Positions 10,463 to 20,078 of a DNA stretch of 64,000 nt are shown piece after piece (within the stretch, counting starts at the first letter, position 1; every line of letters starts with the position of its first letter). This DNA comes from an uncultured Chloroflexia bacterium. Lineage in GTDB: Bacteria > Chloroflexota > Anaerolineae > CG2-30-64-16. Under the pieces are notes generated by a model. That model made no database searches. It was not told where the DNA came from and worked only from the letters and a program-made list of their open reading frames with translations. The stretch is from positions 114,006-178,005 of the forward strand of contig CAWEMM010000001.1 in the NCBI GenBank assembly GCA_963810095.1, given 5' to 3'. Position numbers and translations under genes: made by a program.

Positions 10463-11788
10463 ATGACAGTTGAAGTTCAAGTTGCAGCCAACTATTCCCA
10501 GGCCTCGGTCGAGGCGTTGTCGCTCAGCCGGCACGAGCCCGACTGGATGCTCGAACTGCGTCTGCGGGCGTGGCGCTTCTTCCAGGAGATCCCATGGCCC
10601 ACGGGCAGTGAGGAGACCTGGCGCCGCACCAAGCTGACCGGCTTCAAGCTCGAGGAATTCGTGCCGCTGGCCGGCGCAAGCGCACTGGCCGGAGCAGGCG
10701 CACCGGCCGCGCTGCCTGAGGAAGTCACCAAGGCCCTGACCGAGGTGGACAGCGTGGGCGAAATCGCATTCGTCGACGGCGCCCGTGCTCACTACCGGCT
10801 CGATCCGGAACTGGCCGCGAAAGGCGTGGTGTTCACCGACCTTGCTACTGCCGTGCGTGACCATGCGGACCTGGTCCAGCGCGCCTTTGGCGCGGCTGTG
10901 GCCACCGACGAGAACAAATTCAGCGCACTGCATTACGCGCTGTGGAATTCTGGCACGTTCGTGTATGTGCCGCGCAACGTGGTCGTCGAGAAACCGCTGC
11001 AGGTGGTGATCGACCAGAGTGCGGGCAAGAAGGCAGGCTTCCATCACACGCTGGTGCTCACGGAGCAGGGCGCCGTGGTAACCCTCGCCGAGGACTTCAT
11101 CAACGCCGACGGCGGCATGCAGGACTCGGCCGTGGAGCTTCTTGCGGGCGCGAACAGCCAGCTGCACTACCTGCACCTGCAGAACCTGGCCGACACGGCG
11201 TGGAACTTCACAACCCAACGGATGAAGCTGGGCCGCGACAGCCTCCTGCGCCACTTCATCGGGTCGTGGGGCAGCCGGCTGAGCAAGGCCTGGTTGAACA
11301 TGGACCTCGACGGCCAGGGCAGCCATGGCGAGCTGCTGGGCCTGTATTTCCCCGGCGGCCGCCAGCACCTGGATCATCACACGAACCAGCTGCACAAGGC
11401 GCCAAATGCGACGAGCGACCTGCTCTACAAGGGTGCGCTCAAGGACCGGGCGCGGTCGGTATACCAGGGCTACATTAAGGTGTACCCGCATGCGCAGAAG
11501 ACCAACGCATACCAGGCCAACCGCAACCTGATGCTGAGTAAGACGGCGCGTGCCGACAGCATCCCGGGCCTTGAGATCGAGGCCGACGACGTGCGCTGCA
11601 CCCACGGCGCGACCGCGGGCCAGGTGCCGGCAGAGTACGTGTTCTATCTCATGTCCCGCGGCGTCGACCGGACCAACGCGGAGCGCATGATCGTCCAGGG
11701 CTTCTTCGAGGAAGTCCTCAACCGCATTCCTGTCCCAGGCGTGCGTAACAAGCTCGAAACCGAGATCGCGCGGAAGTTGGGACTTTAA
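10463..11788 (+). CDS. sufD: Fe-S assembly protein SufD
   Basis: EETWRRT, PGLEIEADDVRCTHGAT and FYLMSRG motifs; ATG at 10463 after GAGGA. Confidence 0.93.
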   Translation: MTVEVQVAANYSQASVEALSLSRHEPDWMLELRLRAWRFFQEIPWPTGSEETWRRTKLTGFKLEEFVPLAGASALAGAGAPAALPEEVTKALTEVDSVGEIAFVDGARAHYRLDPELAAKGVVFTDLATAVRDHADLVQRAFGAAVATDENKFSALHYALWNSGTFVYVPRNVVVEKPLQVVIDQSAGKKAGFHHTLVLTEQGAVVTLAEDFINADGGMQDSAVELLAGANSQLHYLHLQNLADTAWNFTTQRMKLGRDSLLRHFIGSWGSRLSKAWLNMDLDGQGSHGELLGLYFPGGRQHLDHHTNQLHKAPNATSDLLYKGALKDRARSVYQGYIKVYPHAQKTNAYQANRNLMLSKTARADSIPGLEIEADDVRCTHGATAGQVPAEYVFYLMSRGVDRTNAERMIVQGFFEEVLNRIPVPGVRNKLETEIARKLGL

Positions 11789-11874
11789 TGGGACGCGGAT
11801 TGAACTGATTTGCAGGATCCCTTCTTGAGGCCAATCAGGTAGATCAGTCTGCTCAGTTCAATCTGTGTGCTATT
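11787..11874. repeat. Intergenic REP-like long inverted repeat
   Basis: AATGGGACGCGGATTGAACTGA ... TCAGTTCAATCTGTGTGCTATT; most mismatches are G-U compatible. Confidence 0.65.
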
Positions 11875-11892
11875 CAGTATCGGGAGGCGCAG

Positions 11893-12744
11893 ATGGACCA
11901 GGGGTATGTACATCCTGAGAAGTTGGTTTCGACGGAGTGGGTGGCAGAACACCTAGGCGACCCGGGCGTACGGATCGTGGAGTCGAACGAGGACATCCTG
12001 CTTTACAGCCGGGGCCACGTTCCCGACGCCGTGCACATCGACTGGGTGGCCGACCTGAACGATCCGATCGAGCGCGACTACCTGAACAAGGAACAGTTCG
12101 AGCGCCTGATGTCGCGGAACGGCATCGACAACGACACGTTTGTGGTTTTCTACGGCGACAAGAATAACTGGTGGGCGTGTTACGCGCTCTGGATTTTCGA
12201 ACTCTTCGGCCACACCAAGTCGGCGGTCATGGACGGCGGCCGGGTGAAGTGGGAGCAGGAGGGCCGGCCAATGAGCAAGGACGTGCCGCGCTGTGAGCCC
12301 ACGGAGTACCACGCCCGCGAACGCGACGACAGCCGTATCCGGGCCTTCCGCGACGACGTCATGCAGCATGTGCAGGCGGGTCTGCCCCTGGTCGACGTGC
12401 GCAGCCCGGGCGAGTACACCGGCAAGCTTTATCACATGGAAGGGTACCCGCAGGAAGGTGCGCTGCGCGCCGGCCACATCAAGGGCGCAGTTAACGTGCC
12501 GTGGGCGAAAGCCGCCAATCCCGGCGATGGCACTTTCAAGAGCGCCGACGCGCTCCGTGCCATCTACGAGCAGGAACAGGGCTTGAAGCCTTCGGACAAC
12601 GTGGTCGCGTATTGTCGCATCGGCGAGCGATCGAGCCACACGTGGTTCGTGCTCAAATACCTGTTGGGCTACGAGAACGTGCGGAATTACGACGGCAGCT
12701 GGACCGAGTGGGGCAACCTGGTCGGCGCGCCCATCGAGCGATAA
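11893..12744 (+). CDS. Two-domain sulfurtransferase (rhodanese, CysA/SseA-like)
   Basis: LVSTEWV, GHVPDAV, active site [18 protein letters not shown]. Confidence 0.93.
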   Translation: MDQGYVHPEKLVSTEWVAEHLGDPGVRIVESNEDILLYSRGHVPDAVHIDWVADLNDPIERDYLNKEQFERLMSRNGIDNDTFVVFYGDKNNWWACYALWIFELFGHTKSAVMDGGRVKWEQEGRPMSKDVPRCEPTEYHARERDDSRIRAFRDDVMQHVQAGLPLVDVRSPGEYTGKLYHMEGYPQEGALRAGHIKGAVNVPWAKAANPGDGTFKSADALRAIYEQEQGLKPSDNVVAYCRIGERSSHTWFVLKYLLGYENVRNYDGSWTEWGNLVGAPIER

Positions 12745-12750
12745 ACGCTC

Positions 12751-12811
12751 AACACAAAGACACATAGGCACAACGCTGAATAGGTCCTTTGTGTCTCGGT
12801 GTCTTTGTGTT
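12751..12811. repeat. REP-like inverted repeat, copy 1 of the AACACAAAGACAC family
   Basis: AACACAAAGACAC(12751)...GTGTCTTTGTGTT(12811); the same arms recur at 31085-31180. Confidence 0.8.
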
Positions 12812-12829
12812 AAAAAGAGGATTGCCGGC

Positions 12830-13230
12830 ATGGATCGACAACAGCAGATCGACTTCATCCTTGACCATTACGAGAACCCGCGGCATTACGGGGCGATTGA
12901 GGACGCGACTGTGACGCAGAAGGGCGGGAACCCCGGCTGCGGCGATATCGTCACGTTCTATCTGAAATTGGGCGAGGATGGCCGCATCGAAGCCATCTCG
13001 TTTGAGGGTGAAGGCTGCACGATCAGCCAGGCCGCCTCGTCGCTGGTGACGGAGATGTTCTTCGGCAAGACGCTCGAAGACGTGGAACAGACGTCGGGCG
13101 AGGCCATCCTGGACATGCTTGGCCGGGAGTTGGCCGCGACGCGGCTCAAGTGCGCGACCTTGGGGTTGAACACGACGAAAGAGGCGGTGCGCCAGGTGCG
13201 CCGCCACCGGAACAGGAGAAAGGGCAATGA
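12830..13230 (+). CDS. SufU/IscU-like protein, copy 1 (true stop probably near 13230; the ORF reads on to 13426)
   Basis: ILDHYENPRHYG, NPGCGD, GCTISQA and RLKCATL cover the complete NifU_N domain. Sequence after ~13220 is unrelated (HicB-like). Confidence 0.8.
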
Positions 13231-13440
13231 GGTACTTGTTCACTGCTGTGGTCGAAAAGGATGCCGAGAAGATGTTCGTCGCCGATGTTCCCGGAGTTCC
13301 GGGGCCGTAAGCCAAGGCGAAACGATCGAAGAGGCGGTGACGAACCTGCGGGAAGCGACTGAGATGTCCTGGAGGACGGTAGCCCACATTGCCGAGTCCG
13401 CGGACTTGTCGGTTCACAACCTTTGAGGCAGTCTGATCAA
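13227..13440 (+). pseudogene. HicB-family antitoxin, frameshifted
   Basis: ATG at 13227 gives MRYLFTAVVEKDAEKMFVADVPGVPG, then in a shifted frame GAVSQGETIEEAVTNLREATEM (HicB signature). Confidence 0.7.
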
Positions 13441-13690
13441 ATGGGGAACTGTCCCCGTACTCGGGGCCCCAGGCGAGTTCCGGGCGCTTCAGAGCGACTT
13501 GGCTTCGAACGAGTCAGGCAGACGGGGTTCAGCCATGCAGTATGGCACCGGATGGCAGATGAACGGTAGATAGGTTCCACGGGGCCCGATACCCGCACGA
13601 GCTACGGCAGATTGGCAGGGATGTCGCAACATAGTGAGGCAGCTGCTGGAGCACAGGTAGTATCCAGGCAGGACTTCAAGAGGTCAATTA
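13441..13690 (+). pseudogene. HicA-family toxin remnant
   Basis: From ATG 13441 the frame includes ERLGFERVRQTGFSHAVWHR, resembling HicA LGF..VRQ.GSH, then a premature stop and degeneration. Confidence 0.5.
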
Positions 13691-14934
13691 TGATTCGCTA
13701 CAACTTCATAGGTAGATTGGACGTCCAGCGCATTCGCGCCGACTTCCCCATTCTGAACCGGCAGGTCAAGGGCAAGCCGCTGGTTTACCTGGATAGCGCA
13801 GCTTCGTCACAGAAGCCGGTCCAGGTGCTCGACGCAATGGACCGTTATTACCGCGAGATACACGCAAACGTGCATCGCGGGGTCCATACGCTGAGCGAGG
13901 AAGCGACCGCGGCCTACGAGGGTGCCCGGGCGAAGGTTTCCAGCTTCATCGGCGCGTGCTGCCCGAAAGAGGTCATCTGGACGCGCAATGCGACCGAGGC
14001 GATCAACCTGGTGGCCTACAGCTGGGGGCGTGCCAACCTCAAGCACGGCGATCGCGTTCTGCTGACGGAGATGGAGCACCATGCGAACCTTGTGCCGTGG
14101 CAGATCATGGCGTCCGAAAAGGGCTTCGAGCTCGATTTCGTCCGGGTCGCGGATAACGGCCAGTTGATCCTGGACGACCTGCCCAAGCTGCTGACGCCCA
14201 AGACCAAGCTGTTCGGGTTCACTGCCGCATCAAACGTGCTCGGTACGCTCAACCCCGTCAAAGAACTGACGCAGGCCGCGCACAAGGTAGGCGCGCTGGT
14301 GCTGCTCGACGCGTGCCAGGCCGTGCCACACATGCCGTTCGACGTGCAGGATCTGGACGTCGACTTTGCCGCGTTTTCGGGACACAAGATGCTCGGTCCG
14401 ACCGGCTCCGGTGTGTTGTGGGGCCGCCGCGAGATCCTCAATGCCATGCCCCCGTTTATGGGCGGCGGCGACATGATCCGCGAGGTCAAGCTGCGCACGT
14501 CCAAGTGGAACGAGTTGCCTTGGAAGTTCGAGGCAGGTACGCCGGCCATCGCCGAGGCCGTGGGCCTGGGCGCGGCCGTCGACTACCTATCGGCGCTGGG
14601 TATGGACAATGTTTACGCGGCCGAGCATGCGCTGGTCACGTATGCCATGGAGCAGTTGCAGGATATCGAGGGGCTGAGGATGCTGGGGCCGCATGACGGC
14701 CGCACCGGGCTGGTCAGCTTCGTCCTTGGCAACGTCCACCCGCACGACATCGCGGCCGCACTCGACAGTCTCGGCATTGCGGTGCGGGCGGGCCATCACT
14801 GCGCGCAGCCGCTCCACGAGCGCTTCGGGGTGCCCGCTACCGCCCGCGCCAGCTTCTACATCTACAATACCCGCGAGGAAGTCGACGTTCTTGCGGCCGC
14901 CCTGCGCAAGGTTGCGGAATACTTTAGTTTTTAG
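13690..14934 (+). CDS. sufS: Cysteine desulfurase SufS
   Basis: IRADFPIL, YLDSAASSQKP, ANVHRG, FSGHKMLGPTG (PLP Lys), FEAGTP, RAGHHCA (group II). Start uncertain (13612-13720). Confidence 0.95.
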   Translation: MIRYNFIGRLDVQRIRADFPILNRQVKGKPLVYLDSAASSQKPVQVLDAMDRYYREIHANVHRGVHTLSEEATAAYEGARAKVSSFIGACCPKEVIWTRNATEAINLVAYSWGRANLKHGDRVLLTEMEHHANLVPWQIMASEKGFELDFVRVADNGQLILDDLPKLLTPKTKLFGFTAASNVLGTLNPVKELTQAAHKVGALVLLDACQAVPHMPFDVQDLDVDFAAFSGHKMLGPTGSGVLWGRREILNAMPPFMGGGDMIREVKLRTSKWNELPWKFEAGTPAIAEAVGLGAAVDYLSALGMDNVYAAEHALVTYAMEQLQDIEGLRMLGPHDGRTGLVSFVLGNVHPHDIAAALDSLGIAVRAGHHCAQPLHERFGVPATARASFYIYNTREEVDVLAAALRKVAEYFSF

Positions 14935-14942
14935 TAAGTTTC

Positions 14943-14979
14943 ATCTGCCTGCTCGCCGCTGAGCGGCGGGCAGGCAGAT
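14943..14979. repeat. Intergenic stem-loop between sufS and the second sufU-like gene
   Basis: ATCTGCCTGCTCGCCGCT-G-AGCGGCGGGCAGGCAGAT, near-perfect hairpin. Confidence 0.65.
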
Positions 14980-14998
14980 AACGAGGGAAGTTGCCAGC

Positions 14999-15379
14999 AT
15001 GGACTTATACGCAGAAGAGATCCTGGACCACTACAAGCACCCCCGACATTTTGGACACCTGGACGAGCCGACGCTGATCTACCACGACCGCAACCCGTTG
15101 TGCGGCGACGAGATTACGCTCGAACTGAAAATCGAAGACGGCAAAGTGGTCGACGTCGCATTCACCGGTCATGGTTGTGCCATCAGCCGGGCCGCCGCGT
15201 CGATGATGTCTGAAGAGATCGTCGGCAAATCGCTCGACGAACTCAAGCTCTATGATAAGGAAAGCATCATCGACCTGCTCGGCATCGAAGTTGGCCCGGT
15301 GCGCATCAAGTGCGCCCTGCTCCCGCTTAAGGCCATGAAAGCCGCGGTCTGGGGCCTGTCGGAGGAGGGGGAGGAGTAG
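14999..15379 (+). CDS. sufU: SufU/IscU-like protein, copy 2
   Basis: EILDHYKHPRHFG, NPLCGD, GCAISRA, RIKCALL; directly after sufS. Confidence 0.9.
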   Translation: MDLYAEEILDHYKHPRHFGHLDEPTLIYHDRNPLCGDEITLELKIEDGKVVDVAFTGHGCAISRAAASMMSEEIVGKSLDELKLYDKESIIDLLGIEVGPVRIKCALLPLKAMKAAVWGLSEEGEE

Positions 15380-15383
15380 CGCA

Positions 15384-15695
15384 GTGACCAAGTTCGTCAA
15401 GGTCGGGCGGGCCGACGACATCGGCCCCGGCGAAAAGCAGATCTACGAGGTCGACGGCATCATGGTCGTCGTCGTCAACCTGGACGGCGAGTACTTCTGC
15501 GTCGAGGATGTGTGTACGCACGATGGCGGCCCGCTCGGCGAAGGCAGGCTGGAGGACGACGAGCTGGTTTGCCCCCGGCACGGCGCGCGCTTCGACGTGC
15601 GCACGGGCGACGCGCTGACTCTACCTGCGTTTGAGCCGGTTGCAACTTACGAGGTCAAAGTGGTTGACGGCGACTTGTTGGTAGAGTCCTATTGA
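15384..15695 (+). CDS. Rieske [2Fe-2S] ferredoxin
   Basis: CTH...CPRH Rieske ligands; FDVRTG. Confidence 0.92.
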   Translation: MTKFVKVGRADDIGPGEKQIYEVDGIMVVVVNLDGEYFCVEDVCTHDGGPLGEGRLEDDELVCPRHGARFDVRTGDALTLPAFEPVATYEVKVVDGDLLVESY

Positions 15696-15708
15696 ACGGA
15701 GAAGAGAA

Positions 15709-16023
15709 ATGACGCAAGCAACTGAAGAAGGCGTGCGCGACGCGATTCGCAAGAACGTCTTTGACCCTGAGATCGGGCTGAACGTGGTAGACCTGGGCCT
15801 GATCTACGATGTGAAGGTGCCCGACGGCAAAACCGCCGATGTGAAAATGACGCTGACGTCGCCCGGCTGCCCCGTCGGCCCGCAGATCATCTCGGCGGTG
15901 CAGACGTACGTCCACCAGGCGTACCCCGACCTGGACGCTATCAACGTCCACGTGGTGTGGAGCCCGCTCTGGAACCCGGACATGATGACGCAAGAGGCGA
16001 AGGACCAACTGGGGTTCTTCTAG
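15709..16023 (+). CDS. sufT: DUF59/SufT Fe-S maturation factor
   Basis: DPEIGLNVVDLGLIY, MTLTSPGCP, W.P.MM. Confidence 0.9.
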   Translation: MTQATEEGVRDAIRKNVFDPEIGLNVVDLGLIYDVKVPDGKTADVKMTLTSPGCPVGPQIISAVQTYVHQAYPDLDAINVHVVWSPLWNPDMMTQEAKDQLGFF

Positions 16024-16093
16024 GGGGCTGATGTGTGGGTGACGGCCTGCCATAGGGCAATCCGTGACCCACGCATGCCCGTGAGGCAGTGAC

Positions 16094-16936
16094 GTGGCGC
16101 GACTGTACCTCGGTACGCAGGGCTGGAGCTACCCTTCCTGGGTTGGGCCGTTCTACCCGGCCGGAACGCCGGCGGGGCGCTTCCTCGAGCATTACGCGGC
16201 CCGGTTCAACACTGTCGAGCTCGACACCACCTTCTATGCCATACCACGGGAGAGCACGGTTACGGGTTGGCGTCAGAAGACGCCGCCTGGCTTCCGGTTC
16301 GCGGCGAAGTTTCCCCAAGTAATCACGCACGAGAAGGCGCTGAAGGACGCCGGGCCAGAGACCAATGCCTTCGTAGAAACCATGGCACGGCTGGACGACA
16401 AGCTAGGCGTGCTGCTGCTGCAGATGCCGCCCCAGTGGACTGCGTCGGCGATGGCCGAGCTGGAGCGATTCCTGCCCCAACTCCCGCCCGGGCAGCGCTA
16501 TGCGCTCGAGGTGCGCCACAAGTCCTGGCTGACCAAGGAGATGTTCCCAAACCTGACGGAGTTATTGCAAGCGCACGGCGTGGCGCTGTGCCTGGTGCAG
16601 CACGCCTGGATGCCGGCGCTGGAGACGACGACCGCACCTTTCGTGTACGTTCGCTGGCTGGGCCGGCGAGAGGACGTGCCGGACGACGATTTCAGCCACG
16701 TGCGGATCAATCGGGACGTTCAGTTGGATCGCTGGGCCGCGCAGGTGAGCGCCTACCTGCAGCAGGGCCTCGAAGTGTACGGTTACTTCAACAACCACTA
16801 CCAGGGTCACTCGCCGGCGAGTGTCGGCGCCATGCAACTTCGCCTGGCCGCATTGAGCGGCGACGAGGTCCCCGGAACCGAACCCCCGGCCTCCTCAACC
16901 GACAACCCAAGCCTCTTCGATTTGCAGGATTCGTAA
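16094..16936 (+). CDS. DUF72 domain protein
   Basis: GTQGWSYPSW.G.FYP, VELDTTFY, YGYFNNHYQG. Confidence 0.9.
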   Translation: MARLYLGTQGWSYPSWVGPFYPAGTPAGRFLEHYAARFNTVELDTTFYAIPRESTVTGWRQKTPPGFRFAAKFPQVITHEKALKDAGPETNAFVETMARLDDKLGVLLLQMPPQWTASAMAELERFLPQLPPGQRYALEVRHKSWLTKEMFPNLTELLQAHGVALCLVQHAWMPALETTTAPFVYVRWLGRREDVPDDDFSHVRINRDVQLDRWAAQVSAYLQQGLEVYGYFNNHYQGHSPASVGAMQLRLAALSGDEVPGTEPPASSTDNPSLFDLQDS

Positions 16937-17799
16937 CGAACGCCCGCTTGCCGTAACCGGCCGGCTTCGGTCGCCACTCTACCGGTTGTTGGCCGGAGGG
17001 GCTGCTCCACGGCGTACAGCCTCGTGCGATAGCGACTGGGCAGGCTGGGGACGTGCCGCACGATGTGGAAGCGCAACTGCTGCGTGGCGTGGTAGGTGTA
17101 GGCGCGCATTACCGGCTTGTCCGTGGCGTCATAGATCGTCTCCACCATGTTCAGCACCGCTGCGCCGGCGGGCAGCTGCATCCGGGCCGCGAGTTCTTCG
17201 TCCGCGTTCACTGCGTGCAGCTCCGAGTCGGCGTAGCGGATGGTGGGGCGCTCTTGCGCCAGGCAATACTCGAGCACCGACAGTCCCGACGCCTCGAACT
17301 CCTCGGCATCGACGACCAACGGGGGAATGCGATAGTCATAGTACCCCGTGCACCAGCCGTCAATCCTTAGCACGGTCTGAACGCGGAGAAGCAGATCGCC
17401 GCCTGTCAGGCCGAACAGTACCTGCAGGTCGGGCGCGGGTGCGACCCGGCTGACGTCACGCTCCAGCATCTCGAGTTGTGAGCCGGCCTGCCCCGCGAGG
17501 ATGCGGAGCGGAATCAGCTGATGGAGGCCGAAGGTGAACCGGGCCGCCTCGGGATTGGTGACGAATGTACCCACGCCATGCCGCCGTACGACCAGCCCGT
17601 CCTTCTCCAGCATGCCCATCGCCTCGCGCAAGGTCGAACGCGACACGCGAAGCTGCCGGGCAAGCTCGTCCTCGCCCGGCAGCACGGCTCCCGGCTCATA
17701 CTGATTCTCGGCGATGAACGCAACCAGCGCGTCGGCGGCCTGGCTGTAGAGCGGCTGATGCGGCGCCACAAACACCTGGCTGCCCTTGCTCACGTGCAT
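16807..17799 (-). CDS. GntR/HutC-family regulator (wHTH + UTRA); 3' end uncertain
   Basis: LPGEDELARQLRVSRSTLREAM...RRHGVGTFV followed by a UTRA-like domain; the tail overlaps DUF72 convergently. Confidence 0.85.
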   Translation of the reverse strand: MHVSKGSQVFVAPHQPLYSQAADALVAFIAENQYEPGAVLPGEDELARQLRVSRSTLREAMGMLEKDGLVVRRHGVGTFVTNPEAARFTFGLHQLIPLRILAGQAGSQLEMLERDVSRVAPAPDLQVLFGLTGGDLLLRVQTVLRIDGWCTGYYDYRIPPLVVDAEEFEASGLSVLEYCLAQERPTIRYADSELHAVNADEELAARMQLPAGAAVLNMVETIYDATDKPVMRAYTYHATQQLRFHIVRHVPSLPSRYRTRLYAVEQPLRPTTGRVATEAGRLRQAGVRYESCKSKRLGLSVEEAGGSVPGTSSPLNAARRSCMAPTLAGE

Positions 17800-17821
17800 C
17801 GCGGACCTCTCAGGGGGACTC

Positions 17822-18769
17822 CTACTTCTCCTCGCGGCTGAAGGCCAAGCCCGAGGCCGCAGGCCACGCGGCCTTACCCACGAAGAAGATGACAATGATC
17901 AGCGTGGCGAAATAGGGCAGTGCGACGAGGAACTGGTATGGGATCGCCTTAATGCCGAGCGCCTGGAGGCGCAGTTGGAAGGCATCGGCGGTGCCAAACA
18001 GCAGGCTGCCGAGCAGCGTACCCACGGGCGTCCACTTTCCGAACACGATGGCCGTGTACGCGATGTAACCGCGGCCGCCGGTCATGCCCTCCATGAACTG
18101 CCCCATCTGACCGAGCGAGAGGAACGCGCCGGCCAGCCCGGACAGCATGCCGGTGACGACCAGTGTTGCAAACCGCACCTTGTAGACGCTGATGCCGACC
18201 GTGTCGGCCGCATGCGGGTGCTCGCCCACCGACCGGATCTTCAAGCCCCACGTCGTTTTGAAGAGGACAAACCAGATCAGCGGCACGAGCAGGTAAGCAA
18301 GGTACACAAGCGGTATCTGGCGGAAGAAGATTGGCCCAACGATGGGGATTTGCGAGAGCAGCGGAACCTCGAACGGCTGCAGCTTAGGCACGCGCACGGG
18401 GTCGGCGGCCAGGCCGAAGAACATAGTGTTGAGGTAACTGGTGAGCCCGACAACCATCAGGTTCAGCGCGACCGCGGAGACAATCTGATTCGCACGCAGC
18501 GGGATGATCATGACGCCATAAAGCATGGCAATGAGCACGCCGGCAAGCATTGCGGCGGCAAACCCGATCACGATGCTCTTCGTGGCGAAGCCCGCGGCCA
18601 CGCCCGCGAAGCAGCCCAGGAGCATCATGCCCTCCATGCCGAACGTCACGATGCCGGCCCGCTCTGCAACCAAGCCACCCATGGCCGCCATCAACACCGG
18701 TGTCGCGACCCGGATTGCCGCAGCCCAGAACTCAGGCGAGAAAATGATCGATAACAGATCCTGAAGCAC
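17822..18769 (-). CDS. Nucleoside/sugar ABC transporter permease
   Basis: ERAGIVTFGMEG, GEHPHAADTVGI, GRGYIA..A..FGKW. Confidence 0.92.
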   Translation of the reverse strand: MLQDLLSIIFSPEFWAAAIRVATPVLMAAMGGLVAERAGIVTFGMEGMMLLGCFAGVAAGFATKSIVIGFAAAMLAGVLIAMLYGVMIIPLRANQIVSAVALNLMVVGLTSYLNTMFFGLAADPVRVPKLQPFEVPLLSQIPIVGPIFFRQIPLVYLAYLLVPLIWFVLFKTTWGLKIRSVGEHPHAADTVGISVYKVRFATLVVTGMLSGLAGAFLSLGQMGQFMEGMTGGRGYIAYTAIVFGKWTPVGTLLGSLLFGTADAFQLRLQALGIKAIPYQFLVALPYFATLIIVIFFVGKAAWPAASGLAFSREEK

Positions 18770-18867
18770 AGAACACCACCTCTCCGAACCGTTCGCGCCG
18801 CAACGAGGTGCGCCGCAGCGGGTGCGAACTAATCAACGGTTGAAGCTGCGCCGAGGATAACGGGCGC

Positions 18868-18922
18868 AACAGTGGATGGGGGCACGGACGACGTGCTCCC
18901 GTCCGTCCCATCCGTCGCTGTT
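18868..18922. repeat. Intergenic REP-like inverted repeat
   Basis: AACAGTGGATGGG..ACGGACG ... CGTCCGTCCCATCCGTCGCTGTT, imperfect hairpin between the two permease genes. Confidence 0.5.
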
Positions 18923-18934
18923 ACCGGCTGCCGC

Positions 18935-20071
18935 TTACGCGGGCTTCCGCCGGCCGGCGCGCCCGCCAATCTTCACCGCCGTGCCGCCGATCGCGAACAG
19001 GATCGCGAGGGCCTGCAGGATGTAGATCAACGAGATCGGGACGCCGACCGTGATCTGCATCGTGTTCGAGCCCGCACGCAGGCCGCCGAAGAACAGCGCG
19101 CTGAGCAGCGCACCGACCGGGTGCAACTGCCCGACGAGTGCGACGGGGATGCCATCGAAGCCGACGTTAATCAGGAATGCATCGATGATCCGGTTCTGGT
19201 TCCCCAGGATCTCGATCCCACCCGCCAGCCCGGCCAGTGCGCCCGACACGAGCATGGTCGTCAGCATGGTGCGCGAAACCCGGATGCCGGCGTACTTCGC
19301 CGCCCGAGGGTTCGAGCCGACGGTTCGAAGCGCAAAACCGAATGTTGTGCGCCACAAGATGATGTAGACGAGGATCGCAGCGACGATGGCAATGATCGCG
19401 CCGAGGTTCAGCCGCATTTGCTCCCACAGCACGGGCAGCTGCGCGCTCTTGAAGATGATCGCGGACTTGGCGAACGGCTGGGTGCCGTCCTTCAGCCCCA
19501 GGTACTTCCAGATCTGCCACGTGGCGCCGGTGAACGTATCCTGCCGCACCGACCACGCCAGCACCTGCACCGCGATGTAGTTCATCATCAGGGTCGTGAT
19601 GACTTCGTTGAAGCCTCGGAACGCCTTAAGCGCACCCGGCAGCAAGGACCACAGCGACCCCGCCGCCATCGCGGCCAGGATACAAAGCGTCACGTGCAGC
19701 CAGACCGGCGCGCCCTGCAGGCGGACGCCGACCGCGGTCGCAGCCATGCCGCCCAGAATCAACTGCCCTTCGGCGCCGATGTTGAACACCCCGCCCCGGT
19801 ACCCGAACACCACGGCCAGGCCCGTCAGTAGCAGCGGCGTGGCCTTGCGGATGGTCGTGCCGATGCTGTCCAGGCCGCCGAACGCGCCCCTGAAGAGCGC
19901 CCCATACGCTTCGATCGGGTTCACGCCCTTCGCAATAATCACGAGTGAGCCGACCAGGAAAGCCAACAGGACCGCGCCGAGTGGGATGAGGATCTTCAGT
20001 GAGGACTCGAGCGTGTCGCGCCAATTGTATGTGGATTCGTGCGGCTTGACCGCGCTGTCTTGGTTTACCAT
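18935..20071 (-). CDS. Nucleoside/sugar ABC transporter permease
   Basis: FNIGAEGQ, NEVITTLMMNYIA, GFDGIPVALVG. Confidence 0.92.
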   Translation of the reverse strand: MVNQDSAVKPHESTYNWRDTLESSLKILIPLGAVLLAFLVGSLVIIAKGVNPIEAYGALFRGAFGGLDSIGTTIRKATPLLLTGLAVVFGYRGGVFNIGAEGQLILGGMAATAVGVRLQGAPVWLHVTLCILAAMAAGSLWSLLPGALKAFRGFNEVITTLMMNYIAVQVLAWSVRQDTFTGATWQIWKYLGLKDGTQPFAKSAIIFKSAQLPVLWEQMRLNLGAIIAIVAAILVYIILWRTTFGFALRTVGSNPRAAKYAGIRVSRTMLTTMLVSGALAGLAGGIEILGNQNRIIDAFLINVGFDGIPVALVGQLHPVGALLSALFFGGLRAGSNTMQITVGVPISLIYILQALAILFAIGGTAVKIGGRAGRRKPA

Positions 20072-20078
20072 CGCTCCC

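Noticed and set aside
12791-13426. Apparent SufU-HicB fusion ORF (211 aa)
   Set aside because: HicB has its own ATG at 13227 in another frame; the read-through arises from indels in a degraded region.
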